Shown: positions 39,200 through 52,085 of the stretch, piece by piece | How positions within the stretch are numbered: position 1 is the first letter of the stretch | Layout of the letters: the number at the start of each line of letters is the position of its first letter | Source: Eledone cirrhosa | Taxonomy: Eukaryota | Reading direction: 5' to 3' | NCBI GenBank assembly: GCA_964016885.1 | Contig: OZ024740.1 | Span: 310,496,001-310,560,000, forward strand | DNA length: 64,000 bases | Position numbers and translations under genes: made by a program | Notes under the pieces: model-generated | Databases searched by the model: none | Told to the model about the DNA's origin: nothing | What the model saw: the letters and a program-made list of their open reading frames with translations, nothing else

Positions 39200-39603
39200 C
39201 ATAACATACATACATATGCGTATGTATGTATATTCTATACGAAGTGAGGTTATAGTTGCTATTGAGAGACACTTGCAACGAAAGTGTAGATTTTATCAAT
39301 CTAGAGGAAAGAAAATATGAGCGTTTAAATGCTCTAAGGTGTTCTATAAATTAATACCACTTCAAATTTACGCTAAGTAATTATTTTGGATATTACTATA
39401 ACATTTCTGTAACCCATGCATATTTGTTCAATATTTTTAAAGATATTGACAAAAGTCGATATTTTTCGTTTCTAAATTTAGGTTATTCTCAATCGATTCA
39501 ATTTAATTAAAATTCTTTCGCCCGCTACTTATACATATAATCAATTAAATAATGCCCAACGTTGCTTAGTCTCAAAACAATGCCATTTCATCAAACTACT
39601 ACT

Positions 39604-39943
39604 TTATCCCTTTAACAATTACATTACTCTACTACTGTATTTTCGCGGCAAAGGCGTTATCTCACATAATTATATTATCCCGCTGAGGTTGACTTTGCCT
39701 TTCATCTTTACGGGGTCGATAAAATAAAGTACCAGTAATGCACTGGGTAATTGCTGGCCTTGTGCCTAAAGTAGAAACAATAATTATATTATACAATATC
39801 CAATCTACGAGATTTTGATGATGTTATTTATTTTGTGAACAATACCCTAACGTGAGTATCAGTGGCCGGTTATGGTCGGTTTGAACAGAAAGAGGTGACA
39901 GCATTCTGGCTGGATATAGCCGGTTTAAATGCTAAAGGGTTAA
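39604..39943. mobile_element. piggyBac-like MITE with nested SINE fragment (39677-39787)
   Basis: Right end AATGCTAAAGGG|TTAA; degenerate left end TTAT|CCCTTTAACAAT. Confidence 0.55.
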
Positions 39944-40559
39944 TAGTCATAATATTACAAGAGGGGGAGAATAGACACTCCTGAGGCAGACGGGAAGGAA
40001 ATTCGAGACCCACATGATTCAAGTTTGCTTACCACTAGAGTGTTCAGGCAGATTGCAATGCTTGCTACCTTTTGTTTGTTGTGAAGACAAACTAATTTAG
40101 GTTTAATTTAAGAGGGAGAAGGAGAGAGAAGAGGTGAGAGAGGATAGCAGCAAGGGAAGAGAAAAGAGACAGGTCACAGCGAAGAAGGGAGCTTATGTGA
40201 ATAAAAATGACGAACTGTGGGGTTTCAATTAAGTATAATGAAAAATAATATATATATATACAATAAAAAAGTTGATGTGAATCCATTCAAGAACTCAACG
40301 TACATTTCCGTATAGGGATGACGGAGTATTTATAGAATAATGAAATACAATGTAGTTCAGTTATTAAAATTCCTTTACTGAAAGGCCGTTATATATGTTT
40401 CGATGACAGCAGAGGCCACGTAATTCCGTGTTAAATCCAATGCCATGATCTCATCAGACAGCTTCTTACATAATAAGGTTACTTTTAGTCGGCAATCCAC
40501 CTTGGAAGTGACAAGGGAACGGAAGAACACGACGTTTTTTAAACGATCGTCCGGCTGTC

Positions 40560-41780
40560 CTCCACCTTGAATAGTCAGAGAGTTCATGCTAGACATCTTT
40601 ATTGGTGTTTCAGGCTATTTGGGACATATATAAATGTCACAAACTACACAAACTCTGCATAACTGGAAAATTTGGTGAGTGGCTGCATGATTTATTAAAT
40701 GACAAAGGCCAGACATTTGCAGCCAATAGAGCCCTCTCAAAGGACAAATCAGTAACAAGTGGAGCGCCCCAGGGCACTCTTAATACAACTACTCTTTTGG
40801 TGGTCTCTCAGACATGCCCTCTGTAGTACATACAACATCTCTCACTAGCTATACTGATGACACAAAGGTAGCACAGGCAATAAAAAATCCAGGCTGGTGC
40901 TGCCCTTTTACAACAAGATCTGGATGCCATATACAAATGGGCTGAGGACAACAACATGCAGTTTAATGCTGGGAAATTTCAAGCCGTACGATACCAACCT
41001 GCAAACACAAAGACAGTACAACACCGGACCAGGAGGGTTCGAAATCCCCTTGTCGAAATCGATACGAGACCTGGGGATAGACATGATCGACGATGCATCT
41101 TTTTCTTCGCACACCACGAGGGTGACATCAATGTGCAGATGACAGGCTAGCTGGAACTTGAGGACTTTCCGGACAAGAGACCGAGAGACAATGTTGATAT
41201 TATGGAGGACATTTGTCCTAAGCTGACTGGATCACCCCATAGTATCAAACTAACCACGGGGCTTGAGGCAATTCAACGAAGCTACACCAAGAGAATTGCT
41301 ACGATGAAGGAGATGGGTTACTAGGAGAGGTTAAAGGAACTGAAACTTTACTCCTTGTAACGAAGATGGGAGAGATACGCAGTCATATACATATGGAAAA
41401 TCCTGGAGGAACTAGCACCAAAATTTGGCATTGAGACCTGGACCAACCCCCGAACAGGACGTCACTGTGTGGTGACAAAGGTCACATATATAATAAGGAG
41501 CAGATATTGCAATAGCCTGGGATTCAAAGGCCCTAACTCTTCAACAAGCTGCCAAGAAATTTGAGAGATCCGCATGGTGTGGACATGGATGTTTTCAAGA
41601 AACATCTTGACACTCTGCTACCCACTATCCTGGATGAGCCCACAGCACAGTACGAAAGTAATCTAAGGATAGCAGCAACGAACTCCCTCTTACACTAATG
41701 GCCAGCCAATACAGGTTGGAGATAGAACGCGTAGCAACAACAAGGGTGGTGCCCCAAAATGGTCTCAGCGTTAACCTAAT
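40560..41780 (+). mobile_element. CR1/Jockey-group LINE 3' fragment
   Basis: VTSGAPQGT, YTDDTKV, IYKWAEDNNMQFNAGKFQ, IRDLGIDM, LEAIQRSYTKRI; disrupted. Confidence 0.85.
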
Positions 41781-41868
41781 ATATCCCTTCCATATACTGT
41801 ACCGATTGGGTTAACGCTGAGGCCATGTTGGGGCACCACCCTTGTTGCTACGCGTTCTCTCTCTCTCG

Positions 41869-41912
<44 letters not shown>

Positions 41913-41916
<4 letters not shown>

Positions 41917-42282
41917 GTTATATAGTAAGGTGTATTATTGGTTTTGTAAAACGCTCCAATAAATTTATGTTAACAATATTAAGTTCTCCACGCTTTTGTA
42001 TATCTCCAATTCCATTCAAGGGAACATCTAGATGATGTAAAACGGAGTATAAATATCAAAATAAAATACCGAAGGCAGGGTAAAATTCCAATCATTTAAT
42101 CACGACACACGTTTCAATGAGAGATAGATCGATCGTGAAGCCATGAATTTGAAGACAATTCATTTTCACCTGATGAGATCAGTGATAATCGATCATGGTT
42201 TCGCGATCGATCTATCTCTTATTGAAACATGTGTCGTGATTAAATGATTGGAATTTTACCTTGCCTTCGGATTTTCATTTTG

Positions 42283-42286
<4 letters not shown>
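41913..42286. mobile_element. Fold-back HHR element, family F
   Basis: Inverted arms about 42053-42146 / 42194-42286; HHR on the plus strand; TA-flanked. Confidence 0.8.
42166..42239 (+). ncRNA. Type I HHR
   Basis: TCAC-CTGATGA-GAT...ATT-GAAAC ATGT GTC-GTGA. Confidence 0.7.
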
Positions 42287-42331
<45 letters not shown>

Positions 42332-42336
<5 letters not shown>

Positions 42337-42525
42337 GTGGTTACACAACAGTTAGTCCACCATACCGAGAACAATTGTTTCACCTTAGCGGATCCTCAGC
42401 TCGTAAAAGATCCGCTAAGGTGAAACAATTGTTCTCGGTATAGTGAACTAACTGTTGTGTAACCACTTCTACCTAACTCGTCCCATGGACTAAGTGCTCT
42501 ACCACTACGGATATTACCTTCCACT
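42332..42525. mobile_element. Fold-back mini-derivative of PLE family D, with intact HHR (42366-42403, minus strand)
   Basis: Left end matches 31283-31355; inverted copy at 42409-42471; right tail matches 33709-33748. Confidence 0.9.
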
Positions 42526-42803
42526 ATATATATATTGTGGATTCTCACGTCGTAAACGAGCAATGATATTTTTAATAGAAAAGAAAAGAAAAAAAAAAGA
42601 AAAAAATGGAAAAAAACTCTATAACGGGTCATTGGATAAATCATCAGCTGTATCTATTCGGTATTTTGCGTTTGTTCACATCTCGCGGATGTTGACTTTT
42701 CCTATACTAATTCCAAGGTCAATATAATAAAGTAACAGTGAAGTAATGCATCGAATTTCTCTTTCCAATAAATGTGCTGGCTCTGTGGCAAAATTACAAG
42801 AAT

Positions 42804-43016
42804 AATGATTTCTAGTATAGGCACAAGGCCAGTAATTTGGCGGGATTGAAGTCGAGTAAATCGACCTCAGTATTTCACTGGTGCTATTTTTTATCGACCC
42901 CGTAAGGATGAAAGGCAAAGTTAACCTCGGCGGGATTTGAACTCAGACCGTAAAGGACCATAACTCTATGCCGCAAAGCATGGTGTCCGACGCGCTACCG
43001 ATACTGCCAATCCACC
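42804..43016 (-). mobile_element. tRNA-derived SINE (long variant)
   Basis: Reverse complement of a full copy. Confidence 0.9.
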
Positions 43017-43606
43017 AAAATTACTATAATAATGGTAACATCTTTGAGTTGATTATATATATCGTTTTAATTCTTGATTTTGTTTTGTTTGTATGTTTGT
43101 TTTTAACTGTAAGAGCTATTTTAGTAAAATTGTTTACTAGTAAAGGGCCGCTACATGAACCTTTTGGCTTCATTCATTATATCTAGACTGTATCACTGTA
43201 TATTACCCGCAATCCACACAAGCAATAGGTTGCAAAACGGAATTCCTGTTTCCTTTCTGCTTTACATGCGACTGTTAGAAATAGAAGCTCGTATCATATC
43301 TTTATATATGTATATATACATATCAAATAGAAATTGATTGACATATATATATATATTTAAAATAAACACATCAAACAATCACAGGGGATAATTTGTAAAG
43401 TGTGTAAACACACACAGCTAGGTAGGTAACTAATTAAAATTTAACTAGATCTTCAAATATTACCTTTTAAGAAATATATATTTGTGTGTGTGTCAGTGTG
43501 TCATCTTTCTTTTGATGAATATAATGATTTTGTTGTTTCGTATTAATCATAAATCACCAACACATTCACACGAACTTACACATAATATATATATATATAC
43601 ACGCAC

Positions 43607-43666
<60 letters not shown>

Positions 43667-43706
43667 AATGACCACACAGTAAATATTTATGGGAACACTT
43701 TAATCA

Positions 43707-46700
43707 GTGAACAAGAACAACAAATCCTGCAGCTCGCCACCAAAATTTGAAATCTACAAAAAGATTAACCCTATTGAGTGCAAAACGGAGCTGGAAAAGT
43801 GTTTCACAAAAATACGTTGGAATGCAAAAGTAAACAACAACAACAACAATAATAACGGTAGTAATAATATAAACAATAACTCTGAGTATAGAAATAACAG
43901 CCATAACAATAACAATAGCAGGAGAGTGAGAAATAGTAATAATGGTAATAATACTAACGATAGACAGAACAACAACAACAACAACCACAATAATAATAAT
44001 AATAGAAACATTAACCACAGACACAGCAGCAGCGACCACGGTAATAATAACGGTAACAATACGAACAACAACATGGAAATAATACATGTAGCAACATTAA
44101 TGATAGACACAACAAAAACAAGAAACATAATAAAAGTAACAACCACAATGGTAGAAATAACAGTAACAACAACAATAACGGTGAAGTAAACAACAATACG
44201 TCTAGCAATAATAACAATAATAATAATGGCAATGATAGGAACAATAACAACCACATGATAACAATAATAGCAACGCACACAACTATGACGATAGATATAA
44301 TGACAACCTCTTAGAGAAACTATTTTTCAACCCAGCTGACAAAACATATAAGATGGGTAATATCTATCCTACGAGGCTACCCTTTAATAAAAGAGTTTGC
44401 ATACCACAACAAATAGATGACGAGACAGAGGCACAGTTCACCATAGCTAGAAATGAGATTAGACAAATGGTAGACCGGTATACTAAGAGACAGAGCAGAC
44501 CAGAGGCCCAACAACTTGGGAGGAAACCTGTAGAAGGCTTGGTTAGCCTCAAGCAGCACACAAGGGATGGTGAGGTAGTATGTCTACCCACGGATAGGTC
44601 TGGTAGGATGTCAATAGATAGCATGCCAAACTACATCAAGGCTATGCAACCCCACATCACCAACACGAGCGAAATTGCACAGCAAACACATGATGGGAGA
44701 GAGAAAATCCTCAACGCTCACATGATGATGCGGACTGACATCCTAAAGCCAAGCAGACGCACTGCCAACAACTTCCAGGCGTCTAACAATGGCATACCAC
44801 ACTTGTATGGGCTCCGCAAAGACCACAAGACAGTTGACGACCCGACAACAGGACCACCAACAAGACCCGTATGCGGAGCTAATATAGCTAGTAACTACAG
44901 GATCTCCTACTTCCTCTCAATGGTTATACACCCCATACTCAAGATGTCCCCAGATATATGTGACAGTACAGAGAACCTCCTCAGCAGAATCAGTGAGTGC
45001 AACAAAAACAGGAACCTATCCAACTGCATAATAGGCAGCATGGATGTGGTATCACTGTACCCATCCATTAACATTGATTTTGCTGCGGAAAAATGTGTGG
45101 AGATGATCATTGAGAGTGAGGTGGAGTTCTGCGATGTCGACACAGACGAACTGGGCCCCCTATTAGACTTAGCTACGACACTGACTACCTAGACAGCCAT
45201 GACCTTAGACGTTTCTGCCCTAGTAGACCCATAAGAGGTAGACCCCCCACCATAACCTCAATGGCAAAAAAGACTCCCATGGGAAGGTGGATTGGGTGGA
45301 CCAAAGCTATAAGGACCCCCCAAAACAATGATCAGGTAAGAAAAATGGTCGCACATGCAATAGGGGCTAGTATTAAAACTACCCTAAAGGGCCACATATT
45401 CAAGTTCAACGAGAAGATCTACACCCAAAATGAGGGAGAAGCCATTGGCGTCAGCATAGCTGGTGATGTTGCCAACCTTTTCATGGTATGGTGGGAAAGG
45501 AGTCTTAAAGATCTCCTTAATGAGAGCTCCATAGACCTCATCATGTACTCTCGTTACGGAGACGATATCAATATAGTTATAAGAACATCGCCACTAGAGA
45601 GCACTAACAAGTTTGATTTAGAACGTAGCACAATGGAAATCATCCAGCAGATAGCTAATTCCATACACCATTGTATAATTGTAACTATAGACTTCCCTTC
45701 CAAACACCCTAACAATAGGCTACCTGTATTATACACGGAACTCTGGATTAACACTATAGACGAGAGAGCCCAAATTCTCCACTCACACTATGCTAAACCC
45801 ATGGCCTCCAAATACCTGATACTCAAAAACTCAGCAATGTCCAGTAGTGCTAAGTTTAATATTCTGATCGCAGATTTGGTACGAGTGATGAAGAATGTGT
45901 CCCGCATGTGCGACCCAACAGAAATGGAAAGACACATCCAACACTTCATCAACCGCATGCAGTTCTCTGGCTGCAAACAAAGAGACAGAGTCAGAGTATA
46001 CGATGGAGCCATGGAGAAGTATAAGGCCCTCATAGAACTGGACATGAAAGGAATTTGCCCATTATACAGGAGCAAATCATGGAATAGCTTAGATAGGGCT
46101 AGACATAAGATAGGGAAAGCCACCTCATGGTACGACAACCAGAGATACCAGAGTGTCATGTTTGTGGACGCTACCCCTGGAGGTAAATTAGCTAACCAGT
46201 GTAGAAAGGCCCTGAGAAAGACCCACTTAAAGATTAAGGTGGTAGAAAAGCCAGGAACCACCATAAAATCCCTGATCAGCAAAACCTACCCTTTTAAGAA
46301 AACCCACTGTACTAATAGGAAATGTATCATATGTAAGGTAAACCCCCGGATAAACTGTAAAACTAGAAACGTAGTCTATAGCATAAGATGTACAGAGGCT
46401 ACTTGCAGAAACATGACAACAACATACATAGGCGAGACAGCCCGTAGCATAGGTGAAAGGATAGGCCATCACTGGGGGAACTAAAAGGACGAAATAACGG
46501 TTCAGTACTATACGAACATGCCAGACAACAACACGATGGTAACATAGACAACATAGAAATTAGAATAATATCTAAACATAGAAATGACCCAGCAGATAGG
46601 CAAATCAGAGAGGCCAGTGAAATAGAACTTAGAAGGCCAAGACTAAACAGAAAGATTGAATGGAATAACAACAACACCCAAAGAAACAACACTGACCTAA
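43707..46700 (+). pseudogene. PLE RT-GIY-YIG protein with Asn-rich N-terminal tract
   Basis: LYGLRKDHK...TRPVCGA, GSMDVVSLYPSI, GEAIGVSIAG, RYGDDI, FVDATPGG, C..C..C....CKTRNVVYSIRC...YIGETARS; frameshifts at about 44075, 45160 and 46475. Confidence 0.9.
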
Positions 46701-46995
46701 GAGAAGTATAAATAAATAAATAAATAAATAGATAAATAAATAAATAAATACATACACAAGCGCAATAACAACAAACACATATAAACACACACTAGTAAAG
46801 ATAGAACACATTAACCGATACACAGTCACCCAATCACGAACACACATCAAACAAAACACTATACACACACGCAAACGCATGCGCAAAGAAGACAACATAA
46901 AATAAACAAACAAACAAATAAATAAACAAATATATATATAGACAGACTAAATAAAAATGGCGTAGACATACAATGTAACGGGAGGAAACAATAGC

Positions 46996-47038
46996 ACCAC
47001 TGACGATGTTGCAGATGTGCAACGAAAGAACTTTGATA
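46996..47038 (+). ncRNA. Minimal HHR in the PLE 3' UTR
   Basis: CTGACGA-T-GTTGCA GATG TGCAAC-GAAAG AA CTT; stem I partly decayed. Confidence 0.7.
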
Positions 47039-47238
47039 AACTATATATATGTGTTTGTGTCTATATTGTATCTGTATTATTTTTGACCGCCCGTCAGTCA
47101 ATGGCAAAATTGAGGACCGAATAAATTAGATTACCGATATAAAAGACGCAGAAGCGAAAAGCGAAAACCAACCAAACAGTGAGTGTGTTCTGTTATTAAT
47201 TCTGGCAATATTACACAAATATGACCCTCCCCACGTAT

Positions 47239-47297
<59 letters not shown>

Positions 47298-47299
<2 letters not shown>

Positions 47300-47612
47300 A
47301 CCCCATTTGGTCACGAATGACCATGGGATTTGCACCTAGAAGTTCCCCACCAAGGCAGGATTGTTTGTGGAAGACCAGCAGTCGCCCACGCATACCAGTC
47401 TCACCTCTCCACGTTACCGATGTTGCCCAAGGGAAAGGCAAATGTCGGTACAACTTGGCACCAGTAACGTCGAAACTTATTTCTGCAGCTGAGTCAAACA
47501 TGAAATAAAGTGTCTTGCCCAAGAACGCAACACACAGCCCCGTCAGAGGAACGAACTCCTCACAACCTCACGATTATAAGCCCGGCGCTCTAACGACTAA
47601 ACGATGCCTTCA
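47298..47612 (-). mobile_element. Second tRNA-derived SINE family with RTE-like tail
   Basis: Minus strand: tRNA-like head (TTAGTCGTTAGAGCG...GAGTTCGTTCC), GGGCAAGACACTT core, CTTCTAGGTGCAAATCCCATGGTC tail. Confidence 0.7.
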
Positions 47613-47631
47613 CCCCACCAACACACACATA

Positions 47632-47683
<52 letters not shown>

Positions 47684-48540
47684 TATATGAATGTATTTAT
47701 GTAAACAATCCCATACGCACAAAACACACGTATATATCAAACAAACCTATTCCCCATATATATATATATGTATATGTGGTGGGTGGGTGTGTGGGCGTAT
47801 GTGTGTGTATACATATATATTTATGGATAGTCTCCTGCGAAGTACATTTAAAAAAAAAAATTAATAACAGTATTTCCATAGAACTCAAATGTTTTTATCC
47901 CTGTTATTTCTCTGCAATTATCCTAAGAAGGAATCTTGTCTTTTCTGATAAGAAAATAACAAATATTGATGACTGAAATTGACATAGTATTTTAGTATTT
48001 GAAATCCTTTTACGGTAAGTAATATTTCTTTTTGTTTTTCTTGTTTTATATTTAAAATATTCATCTTTTACATTTGATTTTTGCATACCTACCAATAACA
48101 ATATCTACATTTCACGACCATGAACCTTTAAGTATGCTTTCAAGAAATATCATTGAAAGGCGTCATGCTGTAACCGAAATTATGTTTCATGTATTACTCA
48201 CAAGATGTATCACACTATCGGTTTGAAGAAGAATATCTTTTTATAAATATTTTTTCCTCGTGTTAGAAAAAATAAAACTTCGATGTAAACCTAATATCTT
48301 TAAAAAAACCCAGACAATTATGATAGTGATATATCGAAAAATAGACATTGACAAATGCAATAAAATTTCGGTTTCTTCTTATATGCTGTATGTTCGAATT
48401 TCTCAGTTTCTCGAATTTCTCATCTGAATAATTAAAAGTAATATATGCTGGATATTCGATGTCTACCATTGCACTATAAACATTGGATTATCAGAAGCTA
48501 GCAAATGTTAATTGCTATGAAGTATTTTTTACACACCATT

Positions 48541-48651
48541 CGCCGAGGTTAACTTTGCCTTTCATCCTTACGGGGTCGATAAAATAAAGTACCAGTAATG
48601 CAATGCACTGGGTAATTGCTGGCCTTGTGCCAAAAAGTAGAAACAATTATT
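48541..48651 (+). mobile_element. SINE 3' part
   Basis: Core plus tail. Confidence 0.85.
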
Positions 48652-49603
48652 ATATGCACTAAATAACGGAAAACGGAACAATTCATTTTGTCGTATAACG
48701 GAAAACCGTTTAAAATTATCAGTTATTTTATTTATGAAACTAAAGTTTAATAGAAGAAGAAGAAGAAGAAGAATGTTGGTGATGGTATGACGATTATTCA
48801 GAACAATTATGCAATTATGCACATGATAATATGAGGATATTTTTGATCATCCATTTGCTTTTACATACGTAGTCATGACAAAATCGATGCTATGATGGTC
48901 ACGCTATTCTGAACCGAGCATTTAAAAAATCAATTTGTAGCTAATGCAATAGTAACAATCACACTATAATATTTTTTATTTGCAGCATTGTAAAGAAAAA
49001 TGTAGTACAATCTCAATATATTGCTAGGTGAGCTAGCAGCACTTACCAGATAACACTAAGGGTAATGATTAAGAAAATATACGTGCGCCAGATTCAGAAA
49101 ATATTATACTAAGGACATCTGGACAGCATTGACTCATTCGTTTCTAGATAAATATATTATCTCACAAACATATCAAATGTCATTGCACATTATCACTTCA
49201 AAACCTTTAAGGAGGGGCATGATAACGAAAATGTTAATGAATTATATTTAGATATTTTTGCGTTTGTCTTCAAAGATATTAAGCACAGCTGAATTTCCTC
49301 TCTTAAACGTTTTTGTTAAAGCAAATATATGCGAATGGCTTCTATGAATTAAACTAACAACAGCTGGTAATTCTCCAGTAACACACATATAAGCATAATC
49401 TCCATCATTTCTATTACCTCCAAATATATTTCTCATCATCCTCTTCATCATCAGTGGTATTGTCATTATAATATTTCTGTTTCTTTTAATTCTAATCTTA
49501 TATGCGTTGAGAGGCTTCTAGCTTCCACAAAACTAACGGTCATATAATCGACTAACATCACCGATGAAACCTGTTGCTTTGGGCCAAAAAATCAGAAACC
49601 ACT

Positions 49604-50025
49604 GTGGATTGACTCTCGGTAGAAGGTCGGACACGATGCTTTGCAACATAGAGTTACGCCCCTTTACGGTGTGCGTTCAAATCCCGCCGAATGTTAACTT
49701 TGTCTTTCATCCTTACGTGGTCGATAACATAAAGTACCAGTAACATACTGGGGTCGATTTAATCGACTTTCCCCTCTCCACAAATTACTGGCATTGTGCC
49801 TATACTAGAAATCATTATTATTATTATTATTAGAGGAGTGGATTGGCAGAATCTGTAGAGCGTCACACACTATGCTTCACAGCATAGAGTTCAAATTCCG
49901 CCGAGGTTAGTTTTGCCTTTCATTCTCACGGGGCCGATAAAATAAAGTACCAGTCACGCATTGGGGTCGATTTAATCGACTTTCCCCTCTCCCTAAAATT
50001 GCTGGCCTTGTTCCCATTATATAAA

Positions 50026-50058
<33 letters not shown>
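49604..50058 (+). mobile_element. Second head-to-tail SINE dimer (long variant)
   Basis: Copies at 49604-49832 and 49838-50058, each with an (ATT)n tail. Confidence 0.88.
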
Positions 50059-50059
<1 letters not shown>

Positions 50060-51675
50060 GAAGTATGAGTTGGGGAGGCAGATACATGCCGTTCAACAAC
50101 GTGGTCGGGCGCATGACGGACTGATCGGATAAATGGGCCGAAAGGAATCTATTCCTGAAAGGTCGGCAACCGTGAAGAAGGCATACATCATACCCATCAT
50201 CTACTACCACCGGACTGTTTAGCCTTGTTTATGTCCACATTTTCTCTTGTGTATTTTCTTTTGTGCCTTTTGTGGAAGGGATGTGTTCTACTGGTCAGAT
50301 AGTCCATTTGCAGCTAATAATCGCTGCCTTGGGGACTGGGTACGCCATTGTTGATGATTTGCAAGCATGTGCTCGGGTTACAACATATCCAAACTTTCCT
50401 TGACAGTGAACAATTGTGATCACGGTTTGCTAAACGCATATTTCCCCATCTCGAATTGTGTTTGCTTAAAGGTTTCTATCCCTGAAACGTTGAGCAGAGG
50501 TAACGAACGTGTAGATCCTTATGACGTCTCCTGGTCTATATCTCTCTACACTGGAGAAGTTGCTCCTTCCCTTTTTTGTGGTAGGGACATGTTCCAATGG
50601 TCAGCCGGCGCATTTGCTCTTAATAGCTGCTGTGAGGATGACGTAGCATGCAGGAATTGATGACTAAAAAGTAAGCAACGTCCTCTCAAGTTTTCAATGA
50701 AGGTGAACAGGTGTGGTCGTCGTTTGCTAGAAGAGCGTTATTTCCCAACACATCTAGTTGAAAAAACTACAGCTATGAGTCATGCAAAAACCGACAAGGG
50801 TCATTTGGAATCTTGTATGTCTTCAGGCGCACACAGTCCTCAGTCAGTCGAGCAATCTGATCGATGGAAACGTCAGCTTGCGTTCTATAGAGGCTTAGTG
50901 GTGGATAATAACGGCAACATTCTTGGAGATACTATAAACGTTGACGAAAATAAACTAGCCAGACTTATCTTTAGCATTTTCTGTACAGGGTCCTTGGATA
51001 ATCTACAAATATCTCTGGAATGGCATTGCTACAATGACGTTATCAGTTCCAGATAAACTCTACAGGCAAGGAAGTGCCAGTACAGTCAGCCGGGCTTGTC
51101 CGGTATGCTTACAAGGTGACGAAACCGTCGGACAGGCATATTTCCAATGTCCGAGCATTACTGATGAGGGCTTATCGTACACCTGCTACGACGATTTGGA
51201 AGGATGCGGGTATCAGTGAGTCCAGAGTGAAGAGTGCCACTCTGCTTTCCTTTAACCGGGAGGGATAGGTAGGTTTTATCTGCCTGAAGACGAGCACTTT
51301 CCTCTTTGCCAAAGCCCTGATTAATTTTTCAGGTTTCATAGAAGAGAGGGCAATGCTCCCTTTCAAGGAGTTTGTTAAAATGTGGGGGAGTGTGGCGAGC
51401 ATTACTCTAAAGAATGGGAATGCTTTGAGTGTGTGCCTATAGATTGGAGGTGTACAACTTGGAGGAGGCACTTTCACTAGCCGCCAGAGTAACCGTTGTT
51501 ATTTTTTTAGGGCTTTCTCCAAGGTAAATATTCGGAAGTGCCTTTATTGGGGAATTTTCTGTTGTTCGAATTTTTCCTTTTCTTTATTTCCGTTTTAATC
51601 CAATATCTATAGTACTCTGCCATTCTATGCCATCTTCAATGTTTCCTTAATGAATCCCGTGAAGCTAATAAAGTA
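50060..51675 (+). mobile_element. Decayed Tx1/L1-like LINE 3' region
   Basis: FYRGLV...SLEWHCY...DKLYRQG...ACPVCLQGDETVGQAYFQCP (CCHC knuckle); AATAAA at about 51667. Confidence 0.65.
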
Positions 51676-51929
51676 ATTACTAATAAAAATTAGGAGATCG
51701 ACAGCATCACTAGGGTGTCGGAAAAATGTATTGCGATATTCAGGTAGGGCTGTTCTCAGTTCAAGTCACACAGAAAAAAATCGCACTTGAAAATAATAAG
51801 ATATGTGAATATGATAAAATATGTGAATATCATAATCTTTGCCCTCCCCCAAATTGCTCGACCTGTATCAATGTTAAAAATTGGTTGAATTGGTGCAATC
51901 AGACGAAATACATTACCGCATTTGTTTAC

Positions 51930-52085
51930 GAATTTTCCGTTATGATTTCAAATACCAGCGAACTCAACTTTGTATTTCATCCTTCCGCCGAAAAAATAAG
52001 GAATGGTCTCGACTTAATCGATGACCCCATCTCTCAAACTGCTGGACTTGGGCAAATGGTAAACATAATTATTATCATTATTACT
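51930..52085 (+). mobile_element. Old diverged SINE
   Basis: TTCAAATACC...AACTTTGTATTTCATCCTT...TTGCTGG-like segment...ATT tail. Confidence 0.6.

Larger units (their letters stand above)
43665..47242 (+). mobile_element. Near full-length PLE of a second clade (Neptune/Nematis-like, inferred), in (TA)n
   Basis: RT/GIY-YIG pseudogene, 3' HHR, TA flanks. Confidence 0.9.

Noticed and set aside
43704-44280. Minus-strand hydrophobic Leu/Val-rich ORFs
   Set aside because: Antisense of the AAC/AAT tract in the PLE.
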